The position numbers and the translations under genes were made by a program. A DNA stretch of 64,000 nucleotides from Hydrurus foetidus (Eukaryota). Numbering within the stretch: the stretch's first letter is position 1; every line of letters begins with the position of its first letter. Shown one piece after another: positions 18,977 to 30,006 of this stretch. The DNA lies in the NCBI GenBank assembly GCA_900617105.1, contig UYFQ01000001.1, positions 1,984,001-2,048,000 of the forward strand. The letters run 5' to 3'. The notes beneath the pieces were generated by a model. It made no database searches and was not told where the DNA came from. It worked only from the letters and a program-made list of their open reading frames with translations.

Positions 18977-20061
18977 GCCGCTCTCTAGCCGATCTGCGAG
19001 TCGATATTGATGCTCTCGATATTGAATTATTGGCGCTGCTGAATCGGCGTGCAGTCGTCGCCGAGGAAGTCGGTGAAGTCAAAAAGCGAGAGGGTACGCC
19101 CTTTTTCAGGCCCGACCGAGTCGCCAATGTCATCGCAGAAATTCAGCGCATCAATCAAGGGCCGCTGAAAAACAAGCACATTGCCGCGATATGGGGCGAA
19201 ATCATGTCTGCTTGCTTGTCCCTTGAATCACCGATTCGGGTGGCCTACCTCGGGCCTGCTGGCACATTCAGCGAGCAAGCAGCGCTGCAATTTTTCGGCA
19301 GCAGCATTGAGCACATTTCCTGCGCCAGTATTGATGAAGTTTTCCGCGCCACCGCTTCGGGCGGTGCGAGCTTTGGTGTGGTGCCTGTCGAAAATTCGTC
19401 GGAAGGCGTAGTGTCCCGATCGTTAGATCTGTTTTTAAATTCGCCGCTGCATATTGTGGGCGAGACCAGCCTGATGGTTAAGCACAACCTGCTACGTCTT
19501 GAAAACAGTACGGACGACATTCAAGCGGTGTACGCGCATCCGCAGGCTTTGGCTCAGTGCCAAAACTGGCTAACTTCCCGTTTGCCACACGCCGAGCGGC
19601 ATGCGGCCTCCAGCAATGCCGAGGGCGCTCGTCTGGCATCTACAAATCCGCAATGGGCTGCAATTGCCAGCGAGCGTGCAGGAACGCAATTTGGCCTGCA
19701 CAACATAGCTCACGGCATCCAAGACGACGCATTTAATCGAACCCGCTTTGCGGTAGTTTGCCTGCCGCAAACCCTCGCAGCCCCTGCTGCATCGGTGCAA
19801 GGTAAAGACTGCATAAGTCTGGTGGTGTCAGTCGCTAATCGGCCAGGGGCTGTTCATGACATTTTGGTGCCGCTAAAAGAATTTGGCGTGTCAATGACGC
19901 GTTTTGAATCTCGCCCAGCTCGGTCGGGCCAGTGGGAATATTATTTTTACATTGATCTGCAAGGTCATCCATCTCAAGCGCACGTTCAATTGGCATTGGC
20001 GGCGCTGCAGCAACTTTGCGCGTTTTACAAAGTTCTTGGTACTTATCCGGTCAACGATTGA
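18973..20061 (+). CDS. pheA: Chorismate mutase / prephenate dehydratase
   Basis: N-terminal CM domain, YLGPAGTFS, PVENS, N.TRF, ACT domain with ESRP. Confidence 0.97.
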   Translation: MSRSLADLRVDIDALDIELLALLNRRAVVAEEVGEVKKREGTPFFRPDRVANVIAEIQRINQGPLKNKHIAAIWGEIMSACLSLESPIRVAYLGPAGTFSEQAALQFFGSSIEHISCASIDEVFRATASGGASFGVVPVENSSEGVVSRSLDLFLNSPLHIVGETSLMVKHNLLRLENSTDDIQAVYAHPQALAQCQNWLTSRLPHAERHAASSNAEGARLASTNPQWAAIASERAGTQFGLHNIAHGIQDDAFNRTRFAVVCLPQTLAAPAASVQGKDCISLVVSVANRPGAVHDILVPLKEFGVSMTRFESRPARSGQWEYYFYIDLQGHPSQAHVQLALAALQQLCAFYKVLGTYPVND

Positions 20062-20107
20062 GCCATGAATTTGCAGCGCACGAATTTAACAACAACAGGT
20101 TATCGCC

Positions 20108-20992
20108 ATGTTTGAGCAGTTAGGTCTTATTGGTTGCGGTCTCATGGGTGGCTCGTTTGCTTTGGCGCTTAAAAGAGCCGGGCTAGTCAAGCGCGTGGTG
20201 GGTTACAGCAAGTCTCCGTCCACCACTGAGCGCGCGCGCCAGATGGGCGTGATTGATATTGAAGCACCTTCTGCGCTGCTGGCAGTTTCTGGGGCCGATA
20301 TCGTGCTGCTTGCGGTACCGGTTTCGGCAACGGAAGCAACTTTTAAAGCCATCAGGCATTTGATTACTCCCAACACGCTGGTGATGGACGTCGGCTCTAC
20401 CAAGAGAGATGTCGTGGACGCCGCGCGCCGAGTGCTGCGCGATAACGTTGGCTGTTTCGTTCCCGCGCACCCTATTACCGGCAAGGAAGTATCGGGCGTC
20501 GAGCATGCCGATGGCGACTTGTACGCTGGCAAACAAGTGATCTTGACGCCGATTGAACGCACCTACACGACCCAACTCAATTTGGCCGCCAAAGTGTGGA
20601 CAGCCATTGGCTGCCATGTTGTGCAAATGTCGCCGCAAGCGCACGATGCAGCCTACGCAGCGGTCAGCCACTTACCGCATTTGATTGCGTTTTCACTGAT
20701 CAACAGCATTGCCCACCAAGCGCACGGCGCCGACTATATGTCGCTCGCTGGCCCGGGGTTTCGTGACTTCTCTCGTATCGCTGCAAGTGATCCCAAAATG
20801 TGGCGTGACGTGTTGATTGCTAATCGGGAGGAGCTGCTGGCCCAATCAAAGCTGTTTCAACAAACCCTGCAAGCGTTCGAAAAGTTGATTCTTAACAGCG
20901 AGGGCGACGCTTTAGAGCAGCTGATAGAGCAAGCCAGCCTGAAGCGCGCTACTTGGCGCATGTCCACACCCAAATCGCACAAGTCATCCTGA
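20108..20992 (+). CDS. tyrA: Prephenate/arogenate dehydrogenase
   Basis: GCGLMGGS, DVGSTK, HD...AAVSHLPH, GFRDFSRIA. Confidence 0.93.
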   Translation: MFEQLGLIGCGLMGGSFALALKRAGLVKRVVGYSKSPSTTERARQMGVIDIEAPSALLAVSGADIVLLAVPVSATEATFKAIRHLITPNTLVMDVGSTKRDVVDAARRVLRDNVGCFVPAHPITGKEVSGVEHADGDLYAGKQVILTPIERTYTTQLNLAAKVWTAIGCHVVQMSPQAHDAAYAAVSHLPHLIAFSLINSIAHQAHGADYMSLAGPGFRDFSRIAASDPKMWRDVLIANREELLAQSKLFQQTLQAFEKLILNSEGDALEQLIEQASLKRATWRMSTPKSHKSS

Positions 20993-20995
20993 GCG

Positions 20996-23017
20996 ATGTT
21001 TAACGTTGAGTTTTTGGATGTGCCGCCGCTAGACGCTGCTTACGGCACAGTTCAACTGCCCGGTTCAAAAAGCATTTCCAATCGGGTCTTGTTGCTGGCT
21101 GCGCTGAGCCACGGCACAACGACCGTCCATGACCTGCTGGCCTCTGATGACACGACGGTGATGCTCACCGCTTTGAAGCAGCTCGGTTGCGGCATAAGCA
21201 GGGTTGGCTCAGGGGTTAAAGTTAAAGGCCTCGGCGGAAAGCTGTCGGTCGACAAAGTTTCGCTGCACATGGGCAATGCTGGCACAGCCATGCGGCCACT
21301 GACCGCAGCGCTGGCCATGCTGGGCGGCGAGTTTGAATTGTCTGGTGTTGCGCGCATGCATGAAAGGCCCATCGGCGACTTGGTGGACGCGCTTCGGCAG
21401 TTGGGCTGCAGCATTGATTACCTGGAAAACGACGGCTTTCCGCCATTGAGGTTGCATGCAAGAGCCGTGGGGCAACTAGCGCTGGACGATGCCATTCGCG
21501 TGCGTGGCGATGTGTCCAGCCAGTTTTTAACGGCCTTGCTGATGGCGCTTCCGTTGGTTTCTACGCGCGATATTCACATTGATGTAATTGGCGAGTTGAT
21601 CTCAACGCCCTACATTGAAATCACACTTAATTTGTTGGCTCGGTTTGGCATTCATATTCAGCGCGAAGGTTGGCAACGCTTTACCATTCCCGCAGGCAGC
21701 CAGTACCAGTCTCCCGGGGACATTTACGTCGAAGGCGATGCTTCATCTGCTAGCTATTTCATAGCTGCTGGCGCTCTATTTAATTGGGCTACAGACCAAA
21801 AATACCTTGACATTCAGGGTTTAGGTACCGATTCCATTCAGGGTGATATCCGCTTTGTCGAAGCCGCTCGCCTGATGGGTGCGCAAATCGAAAGTAAGCC
21901 AAATTCGCTGCGTATTTCACCTTGCAAGAGTGGCAACGTGGCCAATCCGCGGCCACTCAACGCCATCGACCTGGACTGTAACCATATTCCGGATGCTGCC
22001 ATGACGCTGGCCGTGATGGCGTTGTATGCAGAAGGCACTACCGTGCTGCGTAATATCGCCAGCTGGCGCGTCAAAGAAACTGACCGCCTTTCGGCTATGG
22101 CGTGCGAGTTACGCAAACTGGGCGCCACGGTTGAAGAGGGTCACGACTATCTCAAAATCACCCCGCCCGCCAACCCGACAGCGTGGACAACCGCACCCAT
22201 TCACACCTATGACGATCACCGCATAGCCATGTGTTTTTCGCTGGCCGCCTTTAACCCCGCAAAGCTGCCGATTCGCATACTTGATCCCAAATGCGTAGCA
22301 AAAACCTTTCCCGACTACTTTGAAACGCTGTTTTCAGTCGCCCAAACAGACACAGCCAACATTCCGGTGATTTGCATTGATGGCCCTACCGCATCGGGCA
22401 AAGGCACGCTGGCATCAACCGTGGCGCATCGCTTGGGCTACCACTACCTCGACTCAGGAGCCCTGTACCGGCTTGCAGCCTTTGCGGCAAGCGCTCAAGC
22501 CATTGACCTCGATGACGGGCCTGGGGTTGCGGGCGTCGCACGCCATTTGCCCGTGAGGTTTGTAGGCGAAAAAGTTTTGCTGGACGGCAAGGACGTGTCC
22601 AACGCTATCCGTACCGAAGAAGCGGGCATGGCGGCATCCAAAGTGTCCGTGCACCCTGAAGTTCGCACCGCTTTACTGGCGCTGCAGCACAGTTTTCGCA
22701 CCCTCCCCGGCTTGGTGACCGACGGGCGCGACATGGGTACTGTGATTTTTCCGGACGCCGAGCTCAAAATTTACCTGACCGCCAGCAGCCGACACAGAGC
22801 CGAACGGCGTCATAAGCAGTTGATTTCAAAGGGAAATCCGGCTATAATCCAAGATATTCTGCAAGATTTAGAGGCGCGCGATAAACGCGATTCATCACGC
22901 CAAACAGCGCCTTTAAAACCTGCTGAAAACGCCAAACCACTAGACAACTCTGATGTGTCGATTGAAAAATCGGTCACTCAGGTACTCGACTGGTGGCAAA
23001 GCACCCGGCCTTTTTGA
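20996..23017 (+). CDS. aroA: EPSP synthase fused to cytidylate kinase
   Basis: [24 protein letters not shown] and DDHR, then [12 protein letters not shown]-loop and DGRDMGT of Cmk in one ORF. Confidence 0.96.
   Translation: MFNVEFLDVPPLDAAYGTVQLPGSKSISNRVLLLAALSHGTTTVHDLLASDDTTVMLTALKQLGCGISRVGSGVKVKGLGGKLSVDKVSLHMGNAGTAMRPLTAALAMLGGEFELSGVARMHERPIGDLVDALRQLGCSIDYLENDGFPPLRLHARAVGQLALDDAIRVRGDVSSQFLTALLMALPLVSTRDIHIDVIGELISTPYIEITLNLLARFGIHIQREGWQRFTIPAGSQYQSPGDIYVEGDASSASYFIAAGALFNWATDQKYLDIQGLGTDSIQGDIRFVEAARLMGAQIESKPNSLRISPCKSGNVANPRPLNAIDLDCNHIPDAAMTLAVMALYAEGTTVLRNIASWRVKETDRLSAMACELRKLGATVEEGHDYLKITPPANPTAWTTAPIHTYDDHRIAMCFSLAAFNPAKLPIRILDPKCVAKTFPDYFETLFSVAQTDTANIPVICIDGPTASGKGTLASTVAHRLGYHYLDSGALYRLAAFAASAQAIDLDDGPGVAGVARHLPVRFVGEKVLLDGKDVSNAIRTEEAGMAASKVSVHPEVRTALLALQHSFRTLPGLVTDGRDMGTVIFPDAELKIYLTASSRHRAERRHKQLISKGNPAIIQDILQDLEARDKRDSSRQTAPLKPAENAKPLDNSDVSIEKSVTQVLDWWQSTRPF
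21749..21797 (+). repeat. Family A repeat, copy 3 (in frame within aroA)
   Basis: GCTAGCTATTTCATAGCTGCTGGCGCTCTATTTAATTGGGCTACAGACC encodes [16 protein letters not shown]. Confidence 0.6.
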
Positions 23018-23188
23018 TCCCAGCACTTCGGTGGATGCGCCTCATCGCGTATTGGTCAAACGGAAAATTAACTTAACCCGCAGCCTGAAAATAATCAATT
23101 TAGGGCAGCAACAACATTCCCCAAGCAGATTTAAAAACCTTTCAGCAATTGTGCTGACTGAACCCTGCGTTGTGGACAAGGAAACTAA

Positions 23189-24877
23189 ATGTCTGAATCT
23201 TTTGCCGACCTATTTAACGAATCGCTCAAGCGCTCTGAAATGCGCACCGGTGAAGTCATCACCGCTGAAGTCGTTCGCATCGACCACAACCACGTCGTTG
23301 TCAACGCCGGACTGAAGTCCGAGGCCTATGTGCCGCTCGAAGAATTCAAAAACGACCAAGGCGAGCTTGAAGTTCAAGTTGGCGACTTTGTGTCTGTTGC
23401 CATCGACTCGGTCGAAAACGGCTACGGCGACACCCTGCTGTCGCGCGATAAAGCCAAGCGCCTGGCCTCATGGATGAGCCTGGAAAAAGCATTAGAGTCC
23501 GGCGAATTTGTCACTGGCCAGACCAGCGGCAAAGTCAAGGGCGGCCTGACCGTTCTGGTCAACGGCATCCGCGCTTTCTTGCCTGGTTCGCTCATCGACA
23601 CCCGCCCCATCAAAGACTTGTCTCCGTACGAGAACAAGACCATGGAATTCAAGGTCATCAAGCTCGACCGCAAGCGCAACAACGTCGTGCTGTCACGCCG
23701 TGCAGTGGTTGAAGCGTCGATGGGCGAAGAGCGCGCCAAGCTGATGGAAACCCTCAAAGAAGGTTCATCCGTTAAGGGCGTGGTCAAGAACATCACCGAA
23801 TACGGTGCCTTCGTTGACCTGGGCGGCATTGACGGCTTGCTGCACATTACCGACATGGCATGGCGCCGTGTGCGTCACCCAAGCGAAGTGGTGACAGCTG
23901 GCCAAGAAATTGTGGCAAAGATTCTCAAGTTCGATACCGAGAAAAACCGCGTGTCACTGGGCTTGAAACAAATGGGCGACGACCCATGGATGGGCGTGAA
24001 CCGCCGCTACCCACAAAGCACCCGCCTGTTTGGCAAGATCACCAACATCGCCGACTACGGCGCATTTGTTGAACTCGAGCCAGGCATTGAAGGCCTCGTG
24101 CACGTGTCCGAGATGGACTGGACCAACAAGAACGTCGCCCCTAACAAGCTCGTGGCACTCGGCGATGAAGTCGAAGTCATGGTCCTGGAAATCGACGAAG
24201 ACAAGCGCCGTATCTCCTTAGGCATGAAGCAGTGCAAGGCCAACCCATGGCAAGAATTTGCAGTCGACACCAAGCGCGGCGACCGCGTGAAGGGCCCGAT
24301 CAAATCCATCACCGATTTCGGCGTGTTCGTCGGCTTGGCTGCTGGTATTGACGGTCTGGTGCATTTGTCTGACCTGTCATGGAACGAGCCAGGCGAAACC
24401 GCTGTGCGCAACTACAAAAAGGGCCAGGAAGTCGAAGCGATTGTGTTGGCTGTTGACGTCGACCGCGAGCGTATTTCCCTCGGTATCAAGCAGCTTGATT
24501 CTGACCCGTTCACCACGTTTGTGTCGATCAACGACAAGGGCGCGATTGTGACGGGAAAGGTCAAAACTGTAGATGCCAAAGGCGCTGAGATTGACCTCGG
24601 TGAAGACATCATTGGCTACCTGCGCGCCAGCGAAATCAGCCGTGACCGCGTTGAAGACGCGCGCAACGTGCTCAAAGAAGGCGACGAAGTGTCCGCAGTG
24701 GTAGTGAACGTGGATCGCAAGACACGCAACATCCAGCTGTCAGTCAAAGCCAAGGACAACGCTGACCAGCAAGAAGCCATGGCATCCCTGAGCCAGCAGT
24801 CGGCCAAAGAAAGCTCTGGCTTGACCAACTTGGGCGCCCTGTTGCGTGCCAAGATGGACAGCTCTGAAAACAAATAA
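23189..24877 (+). CDS. rpsA: 30S ribosomal protein S1
   Basis: Six S1 repeats ([15 protein letters not shown] etc.); downstream of cmk. Confidence 0.99.
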   Translation: MSESFADLFNESLKRSEMRTGEVITAEVVRIDHNHVVVNAGLKSEAYVPLEEFKNDQGELEVQVGDFVSVAIDSVENGYGDTLLSRDKAKRLASWMSLEKALESGEFVTGQTSGKVKGGLTVLVNGIRAFLPGSLIDTRPIKDLSPYENKTMEFKVIKLDRKRNNVVLSRRAVVEASMGEERAKLMETLKEGSSVKGVVKNITEYGAFVDLGGIDGLLHITDMAWRRVRHPSEVVTAGQEIVAKILKFDTEKNRVSLGLKQMGDDPWMGVNRRYPQSTRLFGKITNIADYGAFVELEPGIEGLVHVSEMDWTNKNVAPNKLVALGDEVEVMVLEIDEDKRRISLGMKQCKANPWQEFAVDTKRGDRVKGPIKSITDFGVFVGLAAGIDGLVHLSDLSWNEPGETAVRNYKKGQEVEAIVLAVDVDRERISLGIKQLDSDPFTTFVSINDKGAIVTGKVKTVDAKGAEIDLGEDIIGYLRASEISRDRVEDARNVLKEGDEVSAVVVNVDRKTRNIQLSVKAKDNADQQEAMASLSQQSAKESSGLTNLGALLRAKMDSSENK

Positions 24878-24926
24878 GAAACACCGTCATTGCAGGCTAG
24901 CCCTGCAATGACGATTTCTTATCCCT

Positions 24927-25298
24927 ATGACCCGAAGCGACCTAGTAGAAGAACTGGCCAATAGGTTTGGCCAGCTCACGCACCGCGATGCCGAGTTCGC
25001 TGTCAAAGCCATTCTTGACGCCGTTGGCGACGCCCTTGTGCGTGGCCACAGAATTGAAGTCCGTGGGTTTGGAAGTTTTTCTATTAATCGTCGCCCCCCG
25101 CGCATGGGCCGCAATCCACGCTCAGGCGAAAGTGTGGCCATCCCCGAAAAGCGCGTTCCCCATTTCAAACCCGGCAAGGCGCTGCGCGAAGCAGTAGATG
25201 CGCGTACCGAGGCGTTGCTAAACGCCAAAACATTCACTGCGCCTACAGCCGCAAATTCCCACACAAATTCAAATACAACTGCCGCCAAAAATGGCTAA
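24927..25298 (+). CDS. ihfB: Integration host factor beta subunit
   Basis: [10 protein letters not shown]...GRNPRSGE...PHFKPGK; downstream of rpsA. Confidence 0.97.
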   Translation: MTRSDLVEELANRFGQLTHRDAEFAVKAILDAVGDALVRGHRIEVRGFGSFSINRRPPRMGRNPRSGESVAIPEKRVPHFKPGKALREAVDARTEALLNAKTFTAPTAANSHTNSNTTAAKNG

Positions 25299-25369
25299 GT
25301 TTGTGCCTACTTATCCAAATTGATTGGCAAAACACGCCGCCACCTTTAGACCCTCAGGAGTTGGGCCAA

Positions 25370-25690
25370 ATGAAGTACTTGTTGTGGTTATTAAAAGCGG
25401 CTATTTTCTTTACGCTGTTCGCGTTTGCTTTAAACAACCGGCAGGTAGTTTCGGTTAATTTCTTTTTTGGTACCGTCTGGCAGGCTCCATTGGTCATTGT
25501 GGTGCTTTGCACCTTTGCCTGCGGCCTGGCACTCGGCGTGTTGATGATGATTCCCCGTTGGTGGAAAAATCGATCTGCAAAGCAAAGTCAGCCCGTAGCG
25601 GCAAGCACTTTTAATGACGCTGGGCAGGTTGCCAGCGCGCCTCAGCCAACAAGTGCACAACTTTCAGGCTCACCCACTCATGGACTTTGA
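25370..25690 (+). CDS. lapA: LPS assembly protein LapA
   Basis: Two TM segments with FALNN; lies between ihfB and lapB; start re-called to 25370. Confidence 0.85.
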   Translation: MKYLLWLLKAAIFFTLFAFALNNRQVVSVNFFFGTVWQAPLVIVVLCTFACGLALGVLMMIPRWWKNRSAKQSQPVAASTFNDAGQVASAPQPTSAQLSGSPTHGL

Positions 25691-26825
25691 TTTCACCTGG
25701 CTCCTGTTAGGCTTACCCGTTGCGTTTGCGCTCGGCTGGTTGGCCTCCCGCATTGATTTGCGCCAGTTGCGGATTGAAAACCGGCAAGCGCCAAAGGCTT
25801 ACTTTCGAGGTTTGAATTTTTTGCTCAACGAGCAGCAAGATCAAGCGATTGACGCCTTCATTGAAGCTGTTCAAAACGACCCGGACACCTCTGAGCTTCA
25901 CTTTGCTTTGGGTAACCTGTTTCGGCGGCGCGGCGAATACGAACGCGCTGTGCGTGTCCATGAACACTTGCTGCAACGAGGCGATTTGCCACAGCTGGAG
26001 CGCGACCGCGCCCAACATGCGTTGGCCCTTGATTACCTCAAAGCAGGTCTGCTCGACCGGGCAGAAGCGGCTCTTCACAAGCTGGAATCAACGAGTTACC
26101 AGGAAGAAGCGCGGCTAGCCTTGCTTTCCATCTACGAACGGTCACGGGACTGGCAACACAGCGCGGACATCGCCAGCAAGCTTGACAGCGCTGGGCAGGC
26201 AAGCTTTACCAGCCGGCAGGCACACTACCTTTGTGAGCAGGCCACCGCACTTATGGCTACCGGCAACCGCGACGGCGCACTGCAATTGCTGGACCAAGCC
26301 TGCCAGATCGCACCCGCCTCTAGCAGGCCCTGGCTTGAAATCGCCACACTGCAGCAGCAGCGCGGGCAAACTCAAGCTGCATTCGTCGCACTACAACAAT
26401 TAGACGCCGCTGCCCCGCAAGCGCTGCCGTTGGCGGCGAACTTACTTGTCAGTATTGCTCAGCAAGCGGATTTTCGAGAGCCAGCGCTGCAGCTGCTCAA
26501 GGCCCACTATTTGCAAACACCCTCTATAGACGTGATGGACGCCATTGCCAAGCTGGAGCCCACCGCCGAGCTAGCCCAGCAGTGGTTCGTGAAACACCTG
26601 GAAGGTGAGGGGTCGCTGGTAGCTGCATCCCGCTGGATTGACGGCGAAAGCGCGGCACCCGATCACAATCGCCAACTGGTCCAGCGCGCGTTAAGCAAAG
26701 CGACCAAGCCGCTGATGCGCTACCGCTGCGCCGCCTGCGGCTTTGAGGCAACCCAGCACTTCTGGCACTGCCCCGGGTGCCAGGCTTGGGACAGCTACCC
26801 GGCTCGACGGATCGAAGAGTTATGA
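25680..26825 (+). CDS. lapB: LPS assembly protein LapB
   Basis: N-terminal TM, TPR repeats, C-terminal rubredoxin CAACGF..CPGC; start re-called to 25680. Confidence 0.95.
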   Translation: MDFDFTWLLLGLPVAFALGWLASRIDLRQLRIENRQAPKAYFRGLNFLLNEQQDQAIDAFIEAVQNDPDTSELHFALGNLFRRRGEYERAVRVHEHLLQRGDLPQLERDRAQHALALDYLKAGLLDRAEAALHKLESTSYQEEARLALLSIYERSRDWQHSADIASKLDSAGQASFTSRQAHYLCEQATALMATGNRDGALQLLDQACQIAPASSRPWLEIATLQQQRGQTQAAFVALQQLDAAAPQALPLAANLLVSIAQQADFREPALQLLKAHYLQTPSIDVMDAIAKLEPTAELAQQWFVKHLEGEGSLVAASRWIDGESAAPDHNRQLVQRALSKATKPLMRYRCAACGFEATQHFWHCPGCQAWDSYPARRIEEL

Positions 26826-26827
26826 CG

Positions 26828-27017
26828 CACACCCCCGTGGAGAATTTTTTACACACCCCCGGGGAGGCTTTGCCTCCCCCCCCTTGCAGGGGGCGACACC
26901 TGCGGCCTGGCAAAGCCAAAGGCACTTGGCATACCCCCGGGAAAGCTGCGCTTGCCTCCCCCTTGCAGGTCGCAGACACCTACGGACTGGCAGAGCCAGA
27001 TCCGTGGCGGCTGCTTG
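26828..27017. repeat. Tandem degenerate GC-rich repeat (family C)
   Basis: Two ~70-bp copies (26852-26918, 26930-26998) sharing CAYACCCCCGGG..TTGCCTCCCCC..TTGCAGG..GACACCTRCGGMCTGGCARAGCCA, plus a partial copy at 26828. Confidence 0.75.
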
Positions 27018-27033
27018 AATAAGAACCGCAAAC

Positions 27034-27984
27034 ATGACAACTTCTTCGAAGCTCTCTCAAGACAAATTAGCCGCAGCCCGCGTATTGGTCGTCGGCGATG
27101 CCATGCTTGACCGCTATTGGTACGGCGCGGTAGACCGCATCTCGCCTGAAGCGCCTGTGCCTGTGGTGCGTGTCACGCGCACTGAAGAGCGGGTTGGCGG
27201 GGCGGCCAATGTGGCCAATAATATTGTGGCGCTGGGCGCCAAGGCATCGCTGCTGAGCGTAGTGGGCGACGACGAGGCCAGTCACCAGCTGGAAGCACTG
27301 GTGGCCAACACCGGCATTACACCGTATTTTGGCCGGGACCCTCAACTCAAGACCACCGTCAAGCTGCGTGTGATTGGTCGCCAGCAACAGTTGCTGCGCC
27401 TGGATTTTGAAAACACCCCTGAAAATGAAGTACTCGCGTCGCAGTCTGCCGCATTCGACCGGCTCTGCCCCGCGCATGATGCGGTTCTGTTTTCAGACTA
27501 CGGCAAGGGCGGCCTCGCGCACATCGCCCGCATGATTGACCAAGCCAAAGAACTCGGTAAAACCGTCTTGGTTGACCCCAAAGGCGCGGACTATAGCCGC
27601 TATAAAAACGCAACGGTGATCACGCCGAATCGGGTCGAGCTGGAGCATGTGATTGGCAACTGGAGCAGTGAAGCGGACTTGAGCGTAAAGGCACACCAGC
27701 TTCGCCAATCGCTAAATCTGCAAGCCCTGCTGCTTACCCGCAGTGAAGCAGGTATGACGCTTTTTGACGAGCACGGCGAACTGCATGTGCCAGCAGTGGC
27801 ACGCGAAGTATTTGATGTCACAGGGGCGGGCGACACCGTTATCGCGACTTTGGCAGCGCTGGCCGCTGCAGGCATGAGCCTGCGCGACGCAGTGCCCATT
27901 GCCAACCGCGCCGGCGGCATTGCGGTCGGTAAATTTGGCACAGCTACGGTCACATTTACTGAGCTTTTTAGCGCCACTGTCTAA
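27034..27984 (+). CDS. rfaE1: D-glycero-beta-D-manno-heptose-7-phosphate kinase
   Basis: [23 protein letters not shown] (PfkB family); kinase domain only. Confidence 0.95.
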   Translation: MTTSSKLSQDKLAAARVLVVGDAMLDRYWYGAVDRISPEAPVPVVRVTRTEERVGGAANVANNIVALGAKASLLSVVGDDEASHQLEALVANTGITPYFGRDPQLKTTVKLRVIGRQQQLLRLDFENTPENEVLASQSAAFDRLCPAHDAVLFSDYGKGGLAHIARMIDQAKELGKTVLVDPKGADYSRYKNATVITPNRVELEHVIGNWSSEADLSVKAHQLRQSLNLQALLLTRSEAGMTLFDEHGELHVPAVAREVFDVTGAGDTVIATLAALAAAGMSLRDAVPIANRAGGIAVGKFGTATVTFTELFSATV

Positions 27985-27997
27985 AGGAATTCGAACG

Positions 27998-29029
27998 ATG
28001 AAAATAGTTGTCACCGGCGCTGCGGGTTTTATCGGCAGCAACATCATCCAGGGCCTGAACCAGCGAGGCATCACGGACATTACGGCTGTCGATGACATGA
28101 CCGAAGGCGACAAGTTTAAAAATTTGGCTGATCTTCAAATAGCCGACTACGTAGACGCTGATGATTTTTACGACCTGTTTGCCGAAGGTGCGTTTGGCGA
28201 CGTCGACGCCGTGTTTCACGAAGGCGCCTGCAGCGACACCATGGAGCCAGATGGCAAGTACATGATGGACAACAACTACACCTTGTCGTGTGAGTTGTTC
28301 CAGTCATGTCAAGAACAGGGAACACGTCTGCTGTATGCCTCATCAGCAGCAACCTACGGGCATGCTAGGCCTGACGCCAGCGCGCCCGACGGCACCGCCG
28401 CCTTCAGTGAATCGCCAGAGTATGAAAAGCCATTGAATGTTTATGGCTACTCCAAGCTTCTTTTTGACCAGCGTTTGCGGCGCGAGCTAGGCACGCGCTT
28501 TGAAAACGCGACCGCCCAGGTCGTCGGTTTCAGGTATTTCAATGTGTACGGCCCGCGTGAGCAGCACAAAGGCCGAATGGGCAGTGTTGCCTTTCACCAG
28601 TTCAACCAGTACCGGGCTGAAGGCAAAGTCAAACTGTTTGGCCCCTACGGCGGCTACGGTGCAGGCGAGCACATGCGCGACTTTGTATTTATCGACGATG
28701 TAGTTGCAGTCAACCTTTGGTTTTTAGACCACCCTGAACAGTCTGGATTATTTAACCTGGGCACAGGCACGGCACAGCCCTTTAACGACCTTGCAATTTC
28801 GGTAGTCAACAGCCTTAGGCAAAGCGAAAATCAAGCCCCTTTAAGTATCGAAGAAGCTGCTCGCGGAGGCTTGATTGATTACATCGATTTTCCGAGCGCG
28901 CTGGTCGGCAAATACCAAAGCTACACCCGCGCCAGCCTGAGCGCGCTGCGCGCTGCAGGTTGCGACCACGTGTTTGCCGATGTCCAAACTGGCGTGGCGC
29001 GTTACACAAAGTGGTTAAACGCGCAATAA
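27998..29029 (+). CDS. rfaD: ADP-L-glycero-D-manno-heptose-6-epimerase
   Basis: [30 protein letters not shown]; start re-called to 27998. Confidence 0.96.
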   Translation: MKIVVTGAAGFIGSNIIQGLNQRGITDITAVDDMTEGDKFKNLADLQIADYVDADDFYDLFAEGAFGDVDAVFHEGACSDTMEPDGKYMMDNNYTLSCELFQSCQEQGTRLLYASSAATYGHARPDASAPDGTAAFSESPEYEKPLNVYGYSKLLFDQRLRRELGTRFENATAQVVGFRYFNVYGPREQHKGRMGSVAFHQFNQYRAEGKVKLFGPYGGYGAGEHMRDFVFIDDVVAVNLWFLDHPEQSGLFNLGTGTAQPFNDLAISVVNSLRQSENQAPLSIEEAARGGLIDYIDFPSALVGKYQSYTRASLSALRAAGCDHVFADVQTGVARYTKWLNAQ

Positions 29030-29164
29030 CGGTGGTTTGTGCCTATAAAATCACAACCTGGCGGTCAACGAACCAATACCTTGCTCGTTGTTAGCTGTGA
29101 TGCCTCGGACGACAACGAGGTTGCCGAAGTTTTCTAACCACACCCTACTTTGAGGAGTTTTCTC

Positions 29165-29866
29165 ATGTTCAAGAAATTGCTGGCGTTTTTCGCCGCCATG
29201 ACTGTTGCGATCGCTTTCGCCGCAGTTGACGTCAACAAAGCCACCCCTGCTGAGCTCGATGGCATCAAAGGCATTGGTCCTGCTATCTCGGGCAAGATTG
29301 TTGACGAGCGCAAAAAAGGTAACTTTAAAAGCTGGGAAGACTTCATTGAGCGCGTCAAAGGCATCGGCGAAGGCAACGCAGCCAAGTTCTCCGCAGAAGG
29401 CCTGACGGTCGGCGGCGCTGGCTACAAAGGAGCAGCCGCTGCTCCTGCAGCCCCAGCCAAAAAAGACGACAAGCCAGCTGCTGCCGCGCCAGCCAAAGCT
29501 GATGCCAAGCCTGCTACGCCGGCTGCTCCTGCAAAAGCCGATGCCAAGCCAATGGCTCCAGCCGCTGCGGCTGCTGCACCTGCCATGGCTAAAGACGAAA
29601 AGAAAGACCCAAAAGCTGAAGCCAAGGCCAAAAAAGAAGCTGACGCCAAAGCAAAAGCCGACGAGAAAAAAGCCAAAGCTGACGCTGCCAAAATGAAAAA
29701 AGACGAAGCTGCAAAAGCCAAGGCAGATGCCAAAGGCGGTAAAGACGCCAAGCCAGCAGCTAAAGCCGACACAAAAACCGACGCAAAAACCGACGCTAAG
29801 GCTGATGCCAAGCCAGACGCTAAAGCTGATGCAGCCAAGCCAGCCGCAAGCGCTGCCAAGAAGTAA
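29165..29866 (+). CDS. ComEA-like exported helix-hairpin-helix protein with a long Ala/Lys/Asp/Pro tail
   Basis: Signal peptide, VDVNKAT.AELDGIKGIG...RVKGIG HhH pair, then about 145 aa of AKAD-type repeats. Confidence 0.88.
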   Translation: MFKKLLAFFAAMTVAIAFAAVDVNKATPAELDGIKGIGPAISGKIVDERKKGNFKSWEDFIERVKGIGEGNAAKFSAEGLTVGGAGYKGAAAAPAAPAKKDDKPAAAAPAKADAKPATPAAPAKADAKPMAPAAAAAAPAMAKDEKKDPKAEAKAKKEADAKAKADEKKAKADAAKMKKDEAAKAKADAKGGKDAKPAAKADTKTDAKTDAKADAKPDAKADAAKPAASAAKK

Positions 29867-29892
29867 TCTCTTCAAAGCACTTCTGCACAATG

Positions 29893-29919
29893 AAAAACCC
29901 GCCTGAGGCGGGTTTTTTT
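29893..29919. terminator. Bidirectional intrinsic terminator
   Basis: AAAAACCCGCC-tga-GGCGGGTTTTTTT. Confidence 0.9.
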
Positions 29920-29930
29920 ACGTCATTCAT

Positions 29931-29978
29931 AGCCGTAGCCCAATTAATACGGGCGCGAGCAGCTTCTGAATATATAGC
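29931..29978 (-). repeat. Family A repeat, copy 4
   Basis: Reverse complement GCTATATATTCAGAAGCTGCTCGCGCCCGTATTAATTGGGCTACGGCT. Confidence 0.85.
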
Positions 29979-30006
29979 AGTGAATTCTCGTATAAACCAT
30001 TTGACG

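Noticed and set aside
20996..23017. aroA-cmk fusion as a novelty
   Set aside because: This fusion is already known from Comamonadaceae annotations.
24887..24913. GTCATTGCAGG/CCTGCAATGAC hairpin between rpsA and ihfB
   Set aside because: Likely an ordinary attenuating or stabilising hairpin; no further evidence.
29051..29890. 279-aa hydrophobic antisense ORF
   Set aside because: Shadow of the low-complexity Ala/Lys codons of the comEA-like gene.
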